This document shows positions 1 to 14,036 of a DNA stretch of 64,000 bases, in pieces. How positions within the stretch are numbered: the first letter of the stretch is position 1; each line of letters starts with the position of its first letter. Origin of the DNA: Eledone cirrhosa (Eukaryota); NCBI GenBank assembly GCA_964016885.1, contig OZ024746.1:60202001-60266000 (forward strand), in the 5' to 3' direction. Under the pieces are notes generated by a model. The model searched no databases, was not told the origin of the DNA, and saw only the letters and a list, made by a program, of their open reading frames with translations. Position numbers and translations under genes: made by a program.

Positions 1-1215
1 TAATTTCCTGCGATCAATGAAGAAATCACTAAACATCTCTGACACGTAGCAGAGCTGTTGAAATATCCGAAGTGGTGGAAGGAACCGCATGGCGTTTTTG
101 ACTTGTCAAATGATTTGGCGTGGATGAGTATTGACTTTGAATTTAAAATACAGGCTTAGTAATGTTCGTCAGTTTATCAAACTGGGAAGTAGATATTTTT
201 TTTATGTGACGCGTATATGGAAAACAGAAGCACATATTGTAGAGTTAGTCTAGACACCGAGACGCCACCACTCTGTATGTAGCTTATTTGTTCAACAAAA
301 ACTTATTACTAACAATTCAATTTCTTTTTTCACAGTTCTTGTGATTCCGAGATTTATTTTGTTGCGTAACCCTTGTGCGATTTTCCAAAAATCGTTGAAC
401 TCACTATCATATTTTATGGACAATTTCCATCACTTTGAATTTTAATACAGCATTAAATGAATCAAAAATTGTATTAGGGAGGTTATTAATTCATGACTAT
501 GTGGTTTCGAGTTGCACTATGTGGTTTCGGGTTTAGTTTCGTTGCATAGCACCTTGGAGTACTATCGCCTCGAGTTATTAAGTACCTTGCGATTGAAATT
601 TGGTAGCTGGAAATTGAAGAAATCCATCGTGTATGAATGTGTGCGCGCGCACGACTATTTATACCGAGTAATCTATCGGTTCGACAAAAATAGATAAAAT
701 AAGTACCAGGCTTAAAAAAAATTAAAGTGTTACCCCGCATGGCCACACTTTAATGGCTAAAACCACGGAAAAAAAAACAATGCAATAATTTTTTCTTAGA
801 TTTTATTAATAACTACGTTATATCATGGAACTCCAGAATGTTTTCACAGAACCTCCCTGGGAAATCATGAATAATGAAACGTATCGATTTCTAAAACTGG
901 CACAAGCCACCGAGTTCAGGTAATTAGTCCGACCTCAGAATATAATTGGTAGTTTTTTTACCGACACCGGAAAAACAGAAAATTTAGCTGGACCCGTCCA
1001 AATTTCAATGCAATACGCAAAGGGAGGTAACTAAATATCGCAAGGTGTTTTCGGTTCCTATTCTACTATCCAGCACCGTAAACATTATGTGCGTGTGTTG
1101 GATCACTGTTGTTTCCGCTGTAGAGTGTTCCAGTTGTTCGAATAACGGAAAGCCAGTTTGTAGAATAAGCGTGTAAATGGCTGAGCATTCCACAGACACG
1201 TGCACTCCTATCGAT

Positions 1216-1397
1216 ATAATTGTTTCTACTTTAGGCACAAGGCCAGCAATTACCCAGTGCATTACTGGTACTTTATTTTATCGACCCCGTAAGGATGAAA
1301 GGCAAAGTCAACCTCGGCGGGATTTGAACTCAGATCGTAAAGGGACGTAACTATGCTGGAAAGCATGGCGTCCGACCCTCTACCGATACTGCCAATC
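1216..1397 (-). mobile_element. tRNA-derived SINE
   Basis: Minus strand has A-box-like TGGCAGTATCGG, B-box GTTCAAATCC and central GCCTTTCATCCTTACGGGGTCGATAAAAT; near-identical copies at 6482 and 30000. Confidence 0.85.
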
Positions 1398-1777
1398 GAT
1401 ATAATGTCTGGCAGGTACAATTAATTTTTGCCAGCTGAGTGGGCTGGAGCAACATGAAATAAAGTATTTTTCGCAAAGGCACAACGCACCGGTGTGTATT
1501 CAACTTACCGTCGTGAGCCGAACAGCTCTAACCACTAAATCACTCACCTCCACATGACCGTCAACGATAAAAAACAATGACAAGGTGGTCTTTACATGGT
1601 CGTTTACACCTTGCTCCTTTAAAAACAAGGTACATTGGGAAAGTGATGTCCTAGATACACTCTAAGTAAAAGAAGACGGAGATGCCACTGTTGGAACGCC
1701 TTTGATCATAGGCCTGTTCAATCAAATCTATTAGTAAGATAGGCACAAGAGGTGGGGTGAATAGAAGGGACGTAACT

Positions 1778-2543
1778 CAGTATAACTACTGTTTAGTGTC
1801 TTTCCTCCCCGACTTTTTTTCCTCATAACCTTTTTAGTAATGCATATTTTCCAATGAAATTTTTCTGATATTCACTTTCAAGAATGCAGATTACGATTGT
1901 GTTAGTGTTATATTTTATTTTATTTTCGCAATTCATACTTGTAGAAATGACATTACGTTCCTGTAGAAAATCTATGACATTGCCCTAGCATTCCTTGAAC
2001 CACTACATTACTCCCTGTGTTATCGGAACGTAGTTGGTCACCGTCAGGGGTGGGCCCTGCGAGTTGGAATGGTTATTTCAATGCGTTTCCTTCGCTCTCC
2101 TCCCGAGTAATGCTTTCTCTATTTCTCTATTCTGTCTGAAGGGACCACGAATTGAACGTTCTCCCACATTGTCCAGGATTATATTGTGGCAGTGATTGTG
2201 ATGGTCTGTATGCTTCAGTCCCTAGAGAATCTAATCCATACTTTCGTTGAGCAATGGTAAACATACACTGTCTAAATGTGAGGATAATCATTATCAACAT
2301 GAAATAGGAAAGCACGATGAAAAAATTCCCCCATTCACGAATCGAAAGCATTCAGTAAATGAAAGAATTAACGAACGGGACTATACTATAATAAAAGTAC
2401 AATTTTTTTGTTCATTCCATTAACATAATCGTAATCTACATCGTAGGAAACGTGTCTCTGCAATTTTTGTTTAAAAATATACATTATTAAGAAATTTATA
2501 CGGAAACAAAGTCGGAAGAGGGCACTAAACTGAAGTTATACTA
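1778..2543. mobile_element. old MITE-like DNA transposon with about 130-bp degenerate TIRs
   Basis: AGTATAACTACTGTTTAGTG...CCGACTTT...GATTACGATT at the left end matches the reverse complement of about 2415-2542. Confidence 0.55.
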
Positions 2544-4851
2544 ATAAACTTGTGACATTTTGTCCGGATGTTCTATTGATCATAACTTATACCATAATGA
2601 AACGAAATATTGAAAACATTTCCCATACCTTGGACAATTATTGACATATTTATAACCATTGATAGATTGTCTCCCTTGAAGAATGCCCAATCATAGTTTC
2701 ATTCACTAAAAAGGTGAAAGAACAATTATGGATGCTTTGATGAAACGATGACAGGAGAGAAATTTTTTTTTTTTAAATATGAAAGAAAAAATAGTTGCAT
2801 GGACAAGAGGAAACGTCCTACATATGTATAAGATGGATGTGCGTGTGTATGTATGGATGGATAGACGTGTGTATTTTCAAAGTTTTCACCTATGTGGAAA
2901 GAGCAATTTTTAACCCAGAATTAGAATTTAGTCTAAATCAACTGGGTGGTTATGTGTGTATGCGTCATTGCTTGAGAAGATCTGTATATTTTAACTTATG
3001 TATGTGTATATATACATGCTTGCATGTTTATATGAAAGGTTGCGAATTGGTGAATTGGTAGTATTATAATTTCGTATAAAATACATTACGGTATTCGTTC
3101 CAACTCACTGTTCTGAGTACCAATCCCACCGAGGTTAGCTTTACCGCTCATCCTTTCCAGGTCGATAAAAATAGATGTCTAAGTGTGTATATGCGCTTAC
3201 TACATGCTGAACTTTTGGTATCTTTTATATATTTTCACAGTTCAATTAATAGATTGTAGCTGTAATTTCCTAGTTAGCCGTGACGAAGTCACTACATAGT
3301 TGCTTGACCTGCTAGAAATAACTGCCAAATCGCCCCTAAATTACCCTCTGCTTTCTTAAAGAAAGGAAATAAACATTGGCTAATGTAGTCTAAGATACAC
3401 TATGTTTGAAAACAAAAGACGGGATTGGCCTGTGGCTAAATATCAACAATAAAAACTTTACAATTTATGTTAGTAAAAAATAAGAAGAGAAATCATTATT
3501 TTAATTTTACATAAAAATGAAAAAAAAGGAATAGCCTTGATGAAAAACTAAATATGAAATTTTATTTAAAACTTTCATCAGTGATGAAAGCAATAGAGTT
3601 GAGTTTATTTAAGCTTTTGAGTCAAGGATTTGTATGCTATCTGGACTACATCTGGGGGGGGGGGGGGGATATGATCTGAAACGTTCATGCCCACCTATCT
3701 AGGACCACCTTAAACCCTCTTTTTCCATCACACGACATTCTTAAGTCCCACTACACCAGTTACAGCACCCTAATCTGTTCTCGTCATCATTGTACCCCCT
3801 CCCCACCCTATCTGAGGTCAACCCAAACCTTTCCTCTTTTACATTACCCAACCCAATCACACCACAATTGTCATATATCATTGACATACTTTTTCTCATT
3901 TACATCATCCCTTTAAATCTCACCACACTAGACATATTTATCCCTGTCTCCAAACACGTTCCGCTTGCGATAGGTAACCATCTCTAATGGGCATTTCAGT
4001 TGTATCAACAATCGATAATCTCTCTAGTGCCGGTGAGACAATAAAATGCACCAATATATTCTGTAAAGTAGTTGGTATTAAGAAGAGCATCCAACCGTAG
4101 AAAGCATGCCCTAAATGTTACGTCACGGACATGACAACCTCTTTAATACTAGTTCCACGAAAATGCACCCAGTAAACCCTATAAAGTTATTGGCGTTTAA
4201 GGGTGTTCAGCTGTAGTAAACTTGCCAAACAAAAGGTTGACACGACTCTTCAGTTGTGTTAAGGACATAAGCTCCCTAGTGTTGGTGCCACGATAAATCA
4301 CATTCAGCACACTTTGTAAAGTAATTGCTGATAGGATTGGCTTCAGCCATAAAAGGTTACCAAACAAAGAGCCGAGAGGATTCTTCAGTTATGTTAAAGC
4401 CATGACAACCTCCCTAGCACTGGTGCTACAATAAAACGTACCCAGTGTATTCTGTAAAGTGCGGAAATGTAAGCAAGATGCGGTCTCAGGCCTGAAAGAT
4501 AAATTGTTATATCAAAGTGCCAAATTCTTCATTTATATATATATATATATTTTCGTTTTTTATTTTTTTTTACAATCATGACAGATATAGAACATTTAGT
4601 TGTGTGTATGTCGGTTTTAAAGAGTTTCAGAGGGAGAGGTTTATAAATATACAAACATTATGGTTAATAAGAAAGATATGTTACATGACTTGTTTCGTTA
4701 TGATATGTTTGTCAAGTATCACCTACGGTAACGCTGCCAATGTTGGCTTGCCTCAAAAATTATTAGATGGAGGCTCCAGCACCCCATGTGGTGTATGGCC
4801 GATTGACATACTTAGTGTTGATTTAATATTTTCTTTCGTTTTGATTTATGT

Positions 4852-5110
4852 AATGACCGAAAGAATACGCTTACGAATACGAATGGCCGAAATGGGGTTT
4901 CCTCCGAAGAGTCTTTGGAGTAACGTTAATCGATAGAGTGGAAACTCGGAGGTCAGAGGGTCGCACCAGGTAGAGCCGCTACTTCTACACATTGAGAGAT
5001 CACAGCTCCGCTACTACGGGCATGTGGTCAGAATATCTCAGGAAAGAATCGCTGGACAGATTTTACGGGTAAAACCAACCGGCAGAAGACCCGGGGTTGA
5101 CCCCGTGAAA
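4852..5110 (+). mobile_element. degraded RTE LINE C-terminal fragment
   Basis: Translates VEPLLLHIERSQLRYYGHVVRI...PTGRRP, typical of the RTE ORF end. Confidence 0.7.
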
Positions 5111-6481
5111 GATGGTATTTGTGTTTGCAATTTCAAGCTATCTATATCGTCAAGTTTGGGAAGAAATGTGAACTTTGCTATTATGTAATTTCATGTACAT
5201 CGTTGTTTATTTCGATATAATAAATCTTCAAATAATTGAGTCAGTATCAACTAAGTTAGAAAAAAAGATTGTAACTCGTTGAGCCTTCCATACAATAAAC
5301 TAAATGTTCGGCTGCTTCAGAAAAAAAACTTTTTATTATTTATTTATTTTATTTATTTATTTTTTGCTTTGCTCCAATAATTCATGTAATTTAACTCTCA
5401 CAATGGGAATATTTTTCATTGATGCTTATTCCTTTTACTTTTATTTTTAAAATTATTCCTTCTATTTTCTTGCCTCCCTTAATGGCTATTATAATAAAAG
5501 ACTGAGAATGAATAACTGTGACCTTTTCAACATAATCTGGCCTCAGTATTGTTATTATTATTTTCCTTTGCAGATGATATCAATCATGAAACAAAAAAGA
5601 GAGTGAGTGAATCTTTTGAGATAAATTTTTTTTCTTTCTTTTTTTACTTTTTTTTTTAGACATTAATTCAGGCTTTCAAAGAAAAGTTTGCCAATAGTGT
5701 AATGGGTAGTTGATTTGCAAGATTTCTTCAGCTATTTTAAGAGATACATGCATATACAGTAGCAAGCGTTTTATGACAATTTCCCCTGCTAAATTATGGA
5801 TTAGCCTTGAGAATCCCATGACAGGCCTCATACTCATCTTCGGATACTTTTTGAAGCAATACTTACAACTGGATCCCCTTCCTGGTACCAGCCCTTTTAG
5901 TGACTTCTTACAACACACACAGATATATGGTGTACCTATTCTCAACCGGATATTTATAGTTATGCATATACTGTATGTAAATGCAACCTTACATACATAT
6001 AAATACACTCTTGTACATATATCAACATTTATGAAAGAAGATAAACAGGAAAGGCTTCTTCTTGTCATTTCTTTGAAGCAAGCATGGCATATGATAGCTT
6101 TCTACCTCTCCACACAGCTCTTTGCATCTTCATTATAATCTGAGAGGTATTTTGAACTGCATGGATAGGTAGCAGAGAGGAGATAATGCAGTAATCTAGT
6201 CTGGTTTGTCTCTCCAAATCGGCAGCTGGTGACTGAGCCAATCTTGTAACCCTATCTGACCAAAGCACTCTATTATTATTCTCAGGAAGTTCAGTGCCTT
6301 CCACTGATCCCAGAGGTCTTCAGAAGGGAGGATTTTTATGTCAATTGGAAGAGGGTCATTCTCAAGCCTCTCCATTCAAAGCTAGAGTCTGGAAATGCTG
6401 AAAAGTGATAACAAAATTAACTGGGAACTTATATCTCCAACTGGTACTTTCAATACACACATTTACATAAATATGCGTCAT

Positions 6482-6646
6482 TAGGGTCGGACGCCATGCT
6501 TTCCAGCATAGTTACGTCCCTTTACGATCTGAGTTCAAATCCCGCCGAGGTTGACTTTGCCTTTCATCCTTACGGGGTCGATAAAATAAAGTACCAGTAA
6601 TGCACTGGGTAATTGCTGGCCTTGTGCCTAACGTAGAAACAATTAT
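6482..6646 (+). mobile_element. 5'-truncated SINE, same family as 1216
   Basis: Near-identical to the reverse complement of 1216-1380. Confidence 0.85.
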
Positions 6647-6879
6647 CATTTAAGTACCCTTTCCACACTGACATGGTTTGGACAGGTTGTGCAATTCAAG
6701 TTAGTTCTTAATCAAAGTTAATGTTCCCCTTGATGAGTTGACCACCAAACCATTTTGGCATGATCTCCATGGCTGGACACTCTTACTAACACTGATCACT
6801 TTACAAAGTGCATTTAATAGTGGTACCAGCACTAAAGGGATGACATATCTCTGACAAGACTGAAGAATCCTTTCAGGTG

Positions 6880-7077
6880 ACCATACCAACGTAGTCTTCT
6901 CTCAAGTAAGCAGCATCTGATCCCTCTTATTCCTAATTTCTCACTTAGTTCATTTATACTTTGCTGTTCACTTATATTACTATTACACATCCAACGGAGC
7001 ATGCATGCTCCGTTCCTTTCCAGTCTGCACAGGTCCTCTGCACACAATGCCCATGTCTCACTGCCATTTAACATTGT
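6880..7077 (-). mobile_element. RTE LINE fragment
   Basis: [18 protein letters not shown]...RRLRWYGH, close to the RT at 12150-12350. Confidence 0.85.
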
Positions 7078-7232
7078 ATACAGGCATATCGTATACAGGG
7101 ATATATATATATGTGTATATTTATATATATATGTATATGTGTATATGTATATATATATATATATATGTGTATATATGTATATGTATATATATATATGTAT
7201 ATATATATATATAATGTATATATATATGTATA

Positions 7233-7411
7233 TACGAGGGCAATCCCAAAAGTAAGGTCTCCTTCCGATATTGCAACTTTTCCGTTAAAATCCTGTGGTT
7301 GGTGCTTCGGGAAACCTCAGGAACCAAAATGCAGAGAGCATCCAGAGTGATCCGCCGATCTTTACGCACGTTTTCCTCGGAAGGAGACCTTACTTTGGGA
7401 TTGCCCTCGTA
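7233..7411. mobile_element. mariner-derived MITE
   Basis: TIRs TACGAGGGCAATCCCAAA(A)GTAAGGTCTCCTTCCGA at both ends, TA-flanked; interior (-) encodes [15 protein letters not shown]...[11 protein letters not shown], a mariner HTH segment. Confidence 0.8.
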
Positions 7412-7629
7412 TATAATAACTGCGCGAAATTCGCACTTGGCGATAGCGTTCAACGGGAGCTCCATTCTCAATGGCTGCCAAGCCAAGATTGAGCATCCCA
7501 GCGAAGCGCACGCATGCTTGTTTGGGAGTGAAGGAAGTACCAATCACAACAGTATTGCCAACAGCCGTACGAACAGTTTCTCTGCGTCCCCATCGCTTTG
7601 GAGACCTTACTTTTGGGATTACCTTCGTA
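7412..7629 (-). mobile_element. 5' end of a mariner transposon (TIR, UTR, transposase start)
   Basis: Third TIR at 7599-7629; ATG gives [17 protein letters not shown], resembling a mariner transposase N-terminus. Confidence 0.75.
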
Positions 7630-7925
7630 TATATATATGTATATATATGTATATGTATATATATATATGTATATATATATGTATATGTATATATGTATAT
7701 GTATATGTATATATGTATATGTATATATATATATATGTATATATGTATATATGTATATATGTATATATATATATATGTATATATGTATATGTGTATATAT
7801 ATATGTATATGTATATGTATATATATATGTATATATGTATATGTGTATATATATATATGTATATGTATATATATATATATGTATATATGTATATGTATAT
7901 ATGTATACGTATATATGTATATGTA

Positions 7926-8234
7926 TGTGTTGTTTCCTTGAGCAAGACACTTTATTTCACATTGCTCCAGTTTACTCAGCTGTAGAAATGAGATGATAGG
8001 ACTGGGGTCCTTATCATTCCACTGCAAAGTGGTCGTGGAGGTGCCATGGCAAAAAAGCACGCAGCCCACACTGTAAAGTGGACGTGTAGGCGCCACGGAA
8101 AAAAGCACCCAGCACTCACTGTAAATGAAGTTGATGTTAGGAAGGGCATCCAGCTGTAGAAATCAAGCCAGAATCAGTTCCCGTCCCACCCTTGCAAGCA
8201 GGGAAAAAGTGGACGTAAAATGATGATGATGATG

Positions 8235-8235
<1 letters not shown>
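7926..8235 (+). mobile_element. 5'-truncated SINE with RTE-shared 3' tail ending in (GAT)n
   Basis: TCCTTGAGCAAGACACT core; 8020-8175 matches the RTE 3' UTR at 39220-39370; (GAT)n then (TA)n. Confidence 0.7.
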
Positions 8236-8331
<96 letters not shown>

Positions 8332-8447
8332 TTATATATATATATGTATATATATATATATGTACATGTATATATATATGCATATGTATATGTATATTTA
8401 TATATGTATATGTATATATATATATATGTATTTGTATATATATATAT

Positions 8448-8862
8448 ATCATCATCATCATCATTTTACGTCCGCTTTTCCCTGCTTGCAAGGGTGGGAC
8501 GGGTCTTATTCAGCACAGCATCTCTCCACTTGTCACAATCCTTCGTCATCTCCACCGTGAGCTTCAGCTATCTAAAGTCTGTTCTCACCACCTCCGCCCA
8601 TGTTTTTCGTGGTCTACCTCTACCACGTCTTCCTTCAACTGGCATTTCCTGACACTTCTCCACCCTTCGGTCATCCTCCATGCGCATCACATGTCCATAC
8701 CATCTAAATCTCCTCTCTCGTACACTACACTCTATCCCTCTCAGACACAATTTCTCTCTCAACACATCCATGCTGGGTCGGTCGTTCACGCACATTGACA
8801 TTGCACATCCAACGTAGCATGCTTGCCTCATTTCTCTCCAGCCGTCGCATATACTCTGCAGT
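8448..8862 (-). mobile_element. RTE LINE 3' fragment
   Basis: [12 protein letters not shown]...[12 protein letters not shown]; (GAT)n tail abutting (TA)n. Confidence 0.85.
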
Positions 8863-9544
8863 TTCGAATTAGTTTCGGGACTCTGAATTATTATTTCGTG
8901 GTAGTTTCTTTAGTATTTTGGCCCCCTACTTGTTGACCTGTCACTGTAAGATATACTCGGTTGATTACTACTAACTCTTAAAATTGTCTCACTACAATTC
9001 CGTCCTACCTAGTAAACTTTTCTATAGTTTAGCAGTACCAGTGAGAGACTTGATGATTGTGGTTAGGGAATAGTAACAAAAAATTGTTTTTTATATTTTT
9101 AACATTCTTGGTATTCTTCTATATATTTACTCCATATTGATTTACTTATTGTTTCGACTTCCTCCCCCTCCCCCTCCCTAGTATACTTGCTTGACCTCCT
9201 GCCCTTAGGATCCTGCTGTAGTTGGCACTATCAACGCACGACTGGGTCTCCTCCACTCCCTCTTCCTCTTTCTTCTACTGGCAGGTTCAGCTGCACCTTG
9301 CTTCCACAAATTGCCATGATAGAATTATGTGTCTCAACAACAAACTTTTGACCAATCCTTGTGACAATCACTTTTACCATATATATATATATACAATGCC
9401 AAAGATAAAGACAAATTCAACGCATGGACGAGAATGCAAGGACTCCTCCTTTTTGTTTCGGCCGCGGATGGTTAACATAACCCCCCCCCCCCCCCCCGCC
9501 TCTCCCACCCTCCAAACGCAATCCAAAACTTCAGAGTTGGTACC

Positions 9545-12500
9545 ATGAATGTAGGCACCTTAAAGGGTCGCTCTAACGAGGTTGTAGAAATGCTTGAACG
9601 TAAGGAGGTCGATGTTTGTTGTATTCAAGAGACCAGTTGGAGGGGTGGGTCTGCTAGATTCATCGTGGGTAAAGAACGATGCTATAAACTTTTCTGGGTG
9701 GGAAATGACAATGGGCTGGGTGGAGTAGGAATCATGGTAGCAGAAAAGTGGGCAGATAAGATAATAGACGTACATAGAGTGAACGACAGAATAATTAAAA
9801 TAAGACTTGTCCTCAATAGAACTACTGTGACAGTAATTTCTGCGTTCGCACCCCAATCCGGACTGTCCGGCACTATAAAAGACAGATTCTATGAGACAGT
9901 GATGCTCACTACCTCCCAATTAACCGACAGTGACTATATAATTATTGCTGGCGACCTAAATGGTCACGTTGGACGGCTATGACGGAATCCATGGAGGCTA
10001 TGGGTTTGGTACTAGAAATGAGGAAGGCTCCAGAATCCTGGAATTCTGTGACGCAAATAACCTAACTATCTGTAACACTAACTTCAAAAAACGAGACAAT
10101 CACTTGATCATCTATAGATCGGGGGAACACACAAGCCAGGTAGATTATATCCTTACCAGGAGACGTGACAGAGTGTCTGTTGTAAACACTAAATCCCTCC
10201 CCCATGAAGAATGCACCTCTCAACATAGACTCATAATTAGCGACCTCATAGTCAGGACGAGACGTACTCGACAACAGAAGAAGACTATCCTCAGGAGAAA
10301 AATATGGAAGTTAAAGGACTCCACAGCCAGTAATAAATTTAAAAGCATATTACTTGATGCTTTTGATAGTAAGGAAGAGCAATTAGAGTCGTACAATATA
10401 GAGGAACAGTGGGAATTCCTGAAAGCTAACATGCTGAAGGCGACAGATGAAACCTGTGGCTGGAGCAGACCTATAGGCAGGAGGAGAGTAACTTGGTGGT
10501 GGAACAGTAAGATGGAGAGGTCAATCAAGGCCAAAAAGTAGGCTTGGAAAGCATGGCGGGATGGGGGAAGTAGAGAAGACTATCAAGTGGCCAGGAGGGA
10601 AGCTAGGAGACAAGTGTACTTCGCCAGAAGGGAAGCAGAGGAAAGAAAGTTCAAGCATGTTTACAACGCGAGGACCAAAAACGTGAGGTGTTTAGGATTG
10701 CTAGGCAATGTGTCAAGGAAAACAGTGATATTGTCGGGGAGAAGTGTGTCCTTAATGATGATGGTATACTTGCCATCACTGACGCTGAAAGAAGGTAGCT
10801 TGGAAGTGTCACTACGAAAGGCTACTAAATGAGGAGAATAATTGGGAGAAAGACAGTCTCTCCCACATCGACCCAATAGAGGGACCAGCACTGCAAGTTG
10901 AAGGTAGTATAATAAGTAAGGCGATCAAAGACATGAAGACTGGCAAGGCGGCCGGGCCTTCGGAAATAGTTGCCGAAATGCTGAAAGCATCTGGAACGGT
11001 GGGACACACTACGGTCACCCGGATAGTAAACCAAGTCATACAGAATGGGGTCATTCCGAAGGACTGGCGCAGCAGCAGCATCATTAACTGTTACAAGGGT
11101 AAAGGTGATTCTCTAGATAGGGGAAACTATAGAGGCATTAAATTAATTGACCAGGTCATGAAGGTCACAGAAAAAGTAATAGCGCAACTAATCAGAGAGC
11201 GAATTGATCTAGACGAAATGCAGTTCGGGTTTGTGTCAGGTAAAAGTACAACAGACGCTCTTTTCATTGTACGACAACTACAGGAGAAGTACCTAGCTAA
11301 AAGTAAACCCCTATACTTAGCTTTTGTTGACTTGGAGAAAGCCTTTGACAGAGTACCCCGCTCGATTATCTGGTGGGCCCTTAGAAAACTAGGTGTTGAT
11401 GAATGGCTTGTGAGAGCTATACAAGCCATGTATAAAGAAACAGTCAGCAAGGTTAGAATTAACAACGAATATAGGGAAGAGTTTAGCGTAAAAGTTGGTG
11501 TTCATCAGGGCTCTGTCCTTAACCCGCTACTATTTATTATTGCCCTTCAGGCTATAACAGAGGAGTTCAAGACCGGCTGCCCATGGGAACTCCTATATGC
11601 AGATGATCTAACGCTCATAGCTGAATCAATGGCTGAACTAGAGAAGAAATTCCAAACATGGAAGCATGGCCTAGAGTCAAAAGGCCTTAAAGTTAACTTG
11701 TCTAAGAGTAAAGTTCTAGTTTGTAGGAAGGAAAATAGGGCACCGGTCCCATCTGGGAAATGGCCATGCTCAGTGTGTAGGAAAGGAATAGGCAGAAACT
11801 CCATTTTATGTTCCAAATGCAAAGTATGGGTACATAAAAGATGTAGTGGGATCACAGGTAAGCTAACTAAGAATATAGATTTTACATGTGGCCGGTGCTC
11901 TGGTGCAATAAGTAGCAGCAAGTGCCCACAGAATACTAACTCATTCAATTGCACAGATGGTTCTATAGAAATAGTGGACAGCTTCCGTTACCTGGGTGAC
12001 AAAATCAGCAGTGGGGGAGGGTGCTCTGAAAGTACAGTAGCTAGAGTCAGAACGGGATATAAAAAGTTCAGAGAGCTTATACCACTATTGGCCGCTAAAG
12101 GGTTCTCTCTAAAAATGAAAGGCAGACTGTATGATGCCTGCATACGAACAGCAATGTTACATGGCAGTGAGACCTGGGCTTTGTGTGCAGAGGATATACG
12201 CAGACTGGAGAGAAACGAAGCTTGCATGCTCCGCTGGATGTGTAATAGTAATATACGTGAACGGCAAAGCATAAACGAACTAAGGGAGAAATTAGGAATA
12301 AGAGGGATCAGATGTTGTTTACTCGAGAGAAGACTACGTTGGTACGGTCACGTGATGCGCATGAAAGACGACAGCTGTATAAAAAAAGTGCAGGGCGATA
12401 AAAATAAACGGTAGCCACGGAGTAGGCAGACCAAGAAAAACCTGGGACGACTTGATAAATTCCGACCTCACACACTTACACCTCTCCAAGACAATGTCAC

Positions 12501-13054
12501 TGGACCGAGAGCTTTGGCGCTACACAGTTATACAGAAAACCCGCCTTGCCTAAGTACAAAGCGAAACCTAAAGTCAGTAGGCACCTCTAACGAAATACAC
12601 CACCGTCCCACTACCCGCACCCCATCGACACCACCCCCTTAAATGTGAAGTTATGTTGGTACCACAACATCCAGTCCGAAACAAATGAGGTCGTGTAGGT
12701 GTCACGACAAAAAAACACACAGTCCACGCTGTAATGTGGCCGTGTAGGTAACACGGTAAAAACCTCTCAGTACACACTGTAAACGTGGTTGGTGTTGGGA
12801 AGGGCATCCAGCCGTAGAAAACCCGCCAGACGTGTAGGTGTCACGACAAAAATACACAGTCCACGCTGTAATGTGGCCGTGTAGGTAACACGGTAAAAAC
12901 CTCGCAGTACACACTGTAAATGTGGTTGGTGTTAGGAAGGGCATCCAGTCCTATACGAGCAGCACAACCAATCTTGCCTCAGGTGGGAAAACTCCCGTCC
13001 AAACCCATGCAAGCGTGGAAGATGGACGTTAAACGATGATGATGATGATGATGA
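9545..13054 (+). mobile_element. near full-length RTE-clade LINE (APE endonuclease + RT), disrupted
   Basis: MNVGTL/CCIQET/GDLNGH/SQVDY/SQH APE motifs; DLEKAFD, HQGS, YADD RT motifs; frameshifts and a stop near 9975, 10540, 10650, 10790, 12385; 3' UTR has a duplication of about 137 bp and a (GAT)n tail. Confidence 0.95.
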
Positions 13055-13058
13055 TATA

Positions 13059-13149
<91 letters not shown>

Positions 13150-13397
13150 GAAAGGTATAGAAAACATTGTAGCAAAAAGCCAACAGTATTCCATGATATA
13201 TAAGTGACTATAGCGTCAAAATGGGAAAATAGTTAACGTAAGATGTGGGAAAAATAAATCAAACTCATCTCAACGAGAATCAGAATATAGATTCATCCAC
13301 AGAATTTAGTGAAATCCAGGGAAAAATCAATAGAGCCTTAACTCATGATAAAATAAAGTTTAAAATACTCATCCTTCAATTTGGAAAAACTTCAAAT

Positions 13398-13477
13398 GCT
13401 GTGTATAGTCTTAAAGACTATTTCACGAAAACTTTCAGTGGAGATGGTCACGGTTGGAATTCGATCCTCAGCAGAGC
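13398..13477 (-). ncRNA. type I hammerhead ribozyme
   Basis: GCTCTG-CTGAGGA-TCGAA..TTCGT-GAAA-TAGTC TTTAA GACTA-TA^CACAGC; full stem III; one stem I mismatch. Confidence 0.75.
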
Positions 13478-14036
13478 TCAACTCGATAACCAAAATTCTC
13501 ACAGTTTAATATGCCAAAAAAGGGAATTTAAAACAGGCTAGTTCACCATCATGCGTGATTATGAAAAATAAAACGCACATGTGGAAGGACAGGGCTGGTG
13601 ACGTGAGAATGAGACGAATGTTTGTTTACAAGAAACAAACAGTAAAAAAACATTCCGAAAAAAGCTCTACACTAAGGAGTTCAGCAAAAAGCAATATTAT
13701 CACGGTTTTTTATAAAAAAATACCGGGATTAGTCACAAAAATAATTTAAGCACTCTAGGAAAGAAATCCGAGTATAAATATATAAATGAAAGGTATAGAA
13801 AACATTGTAGCAAAAAGCCAACAGTATTCAATGATATATAAGTGACTATAGCGTCAAAATGGGAAAAATAGTTAACGTAAGATGTGGGAAAAATAAATCA
13901 AACTCATCTCAACGAGAATCAGGATATAGATTCATCCACAGAATTTAGTGAAATCCAGGGAAAAATCAATAGAGCCGTAACTCATTATAAAATAAAGTTT
14001 AAAATACTCATCCTTCAATTTGGAAAAACTTCAAAT

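Noticed and set aside
5574-5602. Possible 29-nt plus-strand micro-exon (TTTGCAG...GTGAGT)
   Set aside because: Good splice signals, but no recognisable protein or neighbouring exons; needs RNA-seq.
5676-6400. Unique-looking region with overlapping ORFs and a minus-strand acceptor near 6398
   Set aside because: No recognisable domain in the frames examined; may be UTR or lncRNA but unsupported.
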